Assembly: GCA_038108555.1 (NCBI GenBank)
Contig: JAYNIA010000007.1
Location: 15,903-69,737 of the forward strand
DNA from: Nitrospinota bacterium
GTDB taxonomy: Bacteria; Nitrospinota; Nitrospinia; Nitrospinales; VA-1
Direction of reading: 5' to 3'
Length of the DNA: 53,835 bases
Each line of letters starts with the position of its first letter. Position 1 is the first letter of the stretch. The notes below the pieces were generated by a model that saw only the letters and a list, made by a program, of their open reading frames with translations, made no database searches and had not been told where the DNA came from. Position numbers and translations under genes: made by a program. This document shows positions 50,272-53,835 of this stretch, in pieces.

Positions 50272-51062
50272 TGTCTCCCTCCGGTATTTTCAGATACCCC
50301 AAATTAGTACTTCTTTTTATTCTTGTTACAATTTCCATAATACCTATTGCACAGGCACAGGATAAAACCCCTGAAGATATGGTTTTTGTTCCCGAAGGTT
50401 ATTTCCAGATGGGAACTTCTTCTGGAAACGATGACGAAAAGCCGATGCATTTCGTATATACCTCCGGCTACTACATCGACAAATATGAGGTCAGCAATAA
50501 GAACTACCAGGCCTTTATGGAAGCTACCGGTCACCCCGCTCCAATATTTTGGGATGATCCCCGCTTCAACGATCCCGACCAACCCGTGGTTGGAGTCAGC
50601 TGGCACGATGCCATGTCTTATGCAAAATGGAAAGGTCGCCGCCTGCCAACAGAAGCAGAATGGGAAAAAGCAGCACGGGGTAATGATGGACGCCTCTGGC
50701 CCTGGGGAAGAAAATTCGATAAAGGATTTTTCTTTTTTTTCGTGAACATTTTTGGCGAACACGACAACTACCCTCATACCGCACCGGTCAACTACTACCA
50801 CTCCGGGGTCAGTCCATTCGGTTTATATAACACGGCTGGAAATGTTTGGGAGTGGTGTCTCGACTGGTACGATGAAAATTTCTATCAGGTCAGCCCGGAA
50901 ATCAATCCGGAAGGTCCGCAAAGCCCTCGGAAAATGAAAGTTCTAAGAGGAGGATCCTGGGTAAACAGCATTGAAGGGGTCAAGGTCGTAAAACGTGCCC
51001 GGAATTATCCCCACACAAAAAATGAAATTTATGGTTTTAGAACCGTCCTGCCCGTCCAGTGA
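50271..51062 (+). CDS. Exported FGE-sulfatase (SUMF1-like) domain protein
   Basis: FQMG, YEVSN, PVVGVSWHDA, RLPTEAEWEKAARG, GNVWEW, RGGSW and GFR motifs. Confidence 0.9.
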   Translation: MSPSGIFRYPKLVLLFILVTISIIPIAQAQDKTPEDMVFVPEGYFQMGTSSGNDDEKPMHFVYTSGYYIDKYEVSNKNYQAFMEATGHPAPIFWDDPRFNDPDQPVVGVSWHDAMSYAKWKGRRLPTEAEWEKAARGNDGRLWPWGRKFDKGFFFFFVNIFGEHDNYPHTAPVNYYHSGVSPFGLYNTAGNVWEWCLDWYDENFYQVSPEINPEGPQSPRKMKVLRGGSWVNSIEGVKVVKRARNYPHTKNEIYGFRTVLPVQ

Positions 51063-52282
51063 GCGCTTCCCGAAATAATCTCGCGATTTTTTCCTGGTCC
51101 CTCTACGATTTTGCCAACACTATTTTTTCGATGAACGTGATCTCTCTGTATTTCGCCTTATGGGTCACCGTGGACAAAAATGGACAGGATATTTTTTACA
51201 GCACCGCCCTTTCTCTTTCCATGTTTGCCGTCGCGGTCAGCGTACCCGTATTTGGGGCGATCTCAGACGATACGGGAAGGCGCCAGGGCCCGTTGACGAT
51301 CTTAACCCTCCTTTGTGTTTTTTGTACCGCCCTGATTGGAGGTGTCGATAACCTATGGATGGGCCTGATATTATTCGCAATCGCAAATTATTGTTATCAG
51401 TCCGCCCTGGTTTTTTATAACGGAATGATGCCTTCTGTATCGAAGGGAACTCATGTGGGATTGGTCTCGGGATACGGTGTCGCTCTGGGATATATGGGAT
51501 CCATTGCAGGAATGCTTATGGTCAAACCTTATGTGGATGAAGGCGGTCGCTCGGCAGCTTTTTTACCCACCGCCATACTGGTACTTGTTTTTGCCCTACC
51601 CTGCTTTTTCTTTGTAAAAGATCCCGATAAAAAACCATCTGAAAAAATTAAAATTAAAAAAGCATTCACAAAACTTAAGGAAACCTTTTCCAAAGTTAAA
51701 AGTTTCAAATCTTTGTTTCAGTTTATCACCATTCATTTCCTGGTTCTGGACGCTGTCAATACCATAATCGCTTTTATGTCCGTATACGCCAGCAAAGTCA
51801 TTGGCTTTGGTGGTGACGAAATCATGAAGTTCCTAATATCCTCAACCGTGGGAGCAATGGTAGGTTCAGTAATTTTAGGGTTTCTGGTAAAACATAAAGG
51901 GACGATCTGGACTTACTGGCTGGTGCTTTGGCTTTGGATCATTTCACTATCCCTGGCGGCCTTTAGCCAAAGCGCGACCCTGTTCTGGTGCGTAGGACCC
52001 TTGGCCGGAGTCGGAATGGGTGGGGTGTGGGTGGTCAGCCGGGCAATTCTTATTGAACTTTCTCCTCCGGAAAAATTGGGCGAATTTTTTGGGCTCTACG
52101 GATTTGCAGGAAAAGCGGCATCCATCCTGGGACCCATGCTTTGGGGCGGAGTGGTATGGGCGCTTGATTCAACCCCAACTTTAAAATACCGGGTAGCCGT
52201 CAGCATGCTTCTTTGTCTCGTTTTAGCGGCTGCTTTTATTTTCCGGAATTTCAGCCGTAACATTACTTCCCCGCAGGCCTGA
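51059..52282 (+). CDS. MFS transporter (UMF1/Atg22-like)
   Basis: WSLYDFANT, VSGYGVALGYMG and GEFFGLY..GK motifs; about 12 TMs. Confidence 0.88.
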   Translation: MSASRNNLAIFSWSLYDFANTIFSMNVISLYFALWVTVDKNGQDIFYSTALSLSMFAVAVSVPVFGAISDDTGRRQGPLTILTLLCVFCTALIGGVDNLWMGLILFAIANYCYQSALVFYNGMMPSVSKGTHVGLVSGYGVALGYMGSIAGMLMVKPYVDEGGRSAAFLPTAILVLVFALPCFFFVKDPDKKPSEKIKIKKAFTKLKETFSKVKSFKSLFQFITIHFLVLDAVNTIIAFMSVYASKVIGFGGDEIMKFLISSTVGAMVGSVILGFLVKHKGTIWTYWLVLWLWIISLSLAAFSQSATLFWCVGPLAGVGMGGVWVVSRAILIELSPPEKLGEFFGLYGFAGKAASILGPMLWGGVVWALDSTPTLKYRVAVSMLLCLVLAAAFIFRNFSRNITSPQA

Positions 52283-52291
52283 ATAATTAGA

Positions 52292-52320
52292 TTGACATCC
52301 ATCTTTTTAATGATTAATTT
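52292..52320 (+). promoter_or_regulatory. Sigma70-type promoter for the PPIase gene
   Basis: TTGACA-17 bp-TAATTT. Confidence 0.4.
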
Positions 52321-52380
52321 TACGTTTAACAAAATCCAGAGTTCCATAATTTAGCCTTTTAAAGCAGAAAGGAACCCTAA

Positions 52381-53376
52381 ATGAGAAGGTTCATCTCTTT
52401 AATTTTTATATTTTTTTTCGCCATTTCCATAAATGCTTTTCAAGTTTGGGCACACTCCGGCCATAAACATGACGAGCTCAAAATCAAACTGCCAAAGGTA
52501 GTAGCAAGAGTAAATGGCCAGGATATTAATGGAGATGTAATATTTCGCGAGCTAAAAAAGGCAGCCATAAAATACAAAAAACGCGGAATTCCACTGACTG
52601 CAGACCAGGAAAAATCTGCCGCTAAAACACTCATCGAAGATGAAATAGGCCGTACTCTGCTGGTGCTGAAAGCAAAAGAATTGGGTGCAAAAGTAAGTGA
52701 AAAAATGTTGTCTGACAAATTAAAGGAAGTAAAAGCAAAATTCCCATCAGAATCCATTTTTGAACACCGCCTCTCTGATCGGGGAATGACAGTCGATCAA
52801 TACAAGCAGGAACTCGAAATTGATATGTATATGGATCAACTGATCAAAAAAGAGATCGAACCGAAAATTAATATTGCCGACAAAGATGCCAGGGACTATT
52901 ACGAAAAAAACAAAAACAAATTTAAATCCCAGGAAAAAGTGCGTGCCAGCATCATGCTTTTGAAATTCAACCCGAAGAAAGGAAAAGCCGGAGAAAAAGA
53001 AGTTCTCAAAAAATTTGAATCTATTTTAGACCAGATTAAGAATGGATCGGATTTTGGTGCCCTGGCTCAACAGCATTCCCAAGACAGCCTGGCATCCAAA
53101 GGCGGAGATTTAGGGTTTTTCACCCAAAAACAAATGCTTCCTGATTTCAGCAAGCGGGCATTCAAAATGAAAGTCGGAGAAGTCAGTGAAATTTTTAGAA
53201 CGGGCCACGGATTCCACGTCTTAAAAGTAACCGACCGCAAACCCGGAGGGGTTAGTCCATTCGAAGAAGAAAAGGGAAACATAAAAAAGTTTCTAGCCAA
53301 AAAGAAAGTCTCTCAGGCCACCCGTGATTATATCGAAACTCTCAAGAAAAAAGCCAAGATTAAAACCTATTTCTAG
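52381..53376 (+). CDS. Exported SurA/PrsA-like parvulin chaperone
   Basis: Signal peptide; VVARVNG, FGALAQQHSQD..GGDLGFF and GFHVLKV motifs. Confidence 0.88.
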   Translation: MRRFISLIFIFFFAISINAFQVWAHSGHKHDELKIKLPKVVARVNGQDINGDVIFRELKKAAIKYKKRGIPLTADQEKSAAKTLIEDEIGRTLLVLKAKELGAKVSEKMLSDKLKEVKAKFPSESIFEHRLSDRGMTVDQYKQELEIDMYMDQLIKKEIEPKINIADKDARDYYEKNKNKFKSQEKVRASIMLLKFNPKKGKAGEKEVLKKFESILDQIKNGSDFGALAQQHSQDSLASKGGDLGFFTQKQMLPDFSKRAFKMKVGEVSEIFRTGHGFHVLKVTDRKPGGVSPFEEEKGNIKKFLAKKKVSQATRDYIETLKKKAKIKTYF

Positions 53377-53386
53377 AAAAAAAACT

Positions 53387-53835
53387 ATGAAAGTAAAACC
53401 CGGCACCGAAGAACACAAGGAACTTTTTTGCAGGGAGTTCCTTGATACCCATATCCCTTTCAAACCGGAAGAACTGGAATGGCCAGAACTGACCCCTGAA
53501 ACCCTTGAAAAGCTCAAGGGATTCCCTATTTGGGACCACGCGGTTTATACAGAGTCCCGCGTTGGCATTAAGCTCACCGCTTACGCCAAGGTAGTTGAGG
53601 ACCCTCTCCTTAGGGAAGCCCTCGAACTACAAGCGTACGAAGAAACGCGTCACGCGGATATTCTCAGATGTTTTTTGAAACAATATGACATTCCTTTTAA
53701 AGAACTGCCTCAGCCGCCACTGGACAACGACCTGGAAAAAAGCTTTATGACCACAGGGGCGGGGGAATGTATTGATTCTTTTTTCGCGTTTGGATTCATC
53801 GAGATATCAAAATCGTCAAACGACTACCCTTTAAG
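53387..53835 (+). CDS. Ferritin-like (di-iron, ExxH) domain protein, truncated by window end
   Basis: Not in track. Hand translation gives MKVKPGTEEHKELFCREFLDTH...LEWPEL...PIWDHAVYTE...QAYEETRHADIL...GECIDSFFAFG, open to the edge. Confidence 0.75.
   Translation, partial: MKVKPGTEEHKELFCREFLDTHIPFKPEELEWPELTPETLEKLKGFPIWDHAVYTESRVGIKLTAYAKVVEDPLLREALELQAYEETRHADILRCFLKQYDIPFKELPQPPLDNDLEKSFMTTGAGECIDSFFAFGFIEISKSSNDYPL

Noticed and set aside
43365..51062. DUF1566 and FGE domains as diversity-generating retroelement targets
   Set aside because: No reverse transcriptase and no template/variable repeat pair seen in the window.
96..53517. Many short antisense or alternate-frame ORFs in the track (e.g. 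14986-15504, 7167-7565, 42252-42788, 50304-50801)
   Set aside because: Shadow ORFs over well-supported genes, with no motifs or ribosome-binding sites.

Overview
About 54 kb of AT-leaning bacterial chromosome. It is mostly core genes: ffh-rpsP-khpA-rimM-trmD, queC/queE, moaB, rluD, rodA-rng, ychF, mutY, radA-ispD, tolQRAB-pal, efp, ettA and maf. I found no rRNA, tRNA, CRISPR array, transposase or prophage. The many c-type cytochromes, the NarK transporter and the gene order suggest a chemolithotroph such as a Nitrospina-like marine nitrite oxidiser; this is an unverified inference. Most unusual features: (1) five exported c-type cytochrome genes around a two-component pair, three of them paralogues with an extra conserved Cys pair, next to a DUF1566 protein and a signal-peptide-bearing SAM methyltransferase; (2) a remodelled Tol-Pal system with a very long Gly/Ser-linker Pal and a TPR-less coiled-coil protein in the cpoB position; (3) a ~930 bp gene-free region with clustered DnaA boxes and an AT-rich tract but no dnaA nearby; (4) a 49-aa ORF with a strong SD that the track misses; (5) an exported His/Met-rich repeat protein; (6) a histidine kinase with an apparent nonsense codon in its last strand; (7) a MutY with an intact Nudix box; (8) REP-like palindromes and two candidate structured RNAs. 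Two edge-truncated CDS missing from the ORF track were translated by hand.
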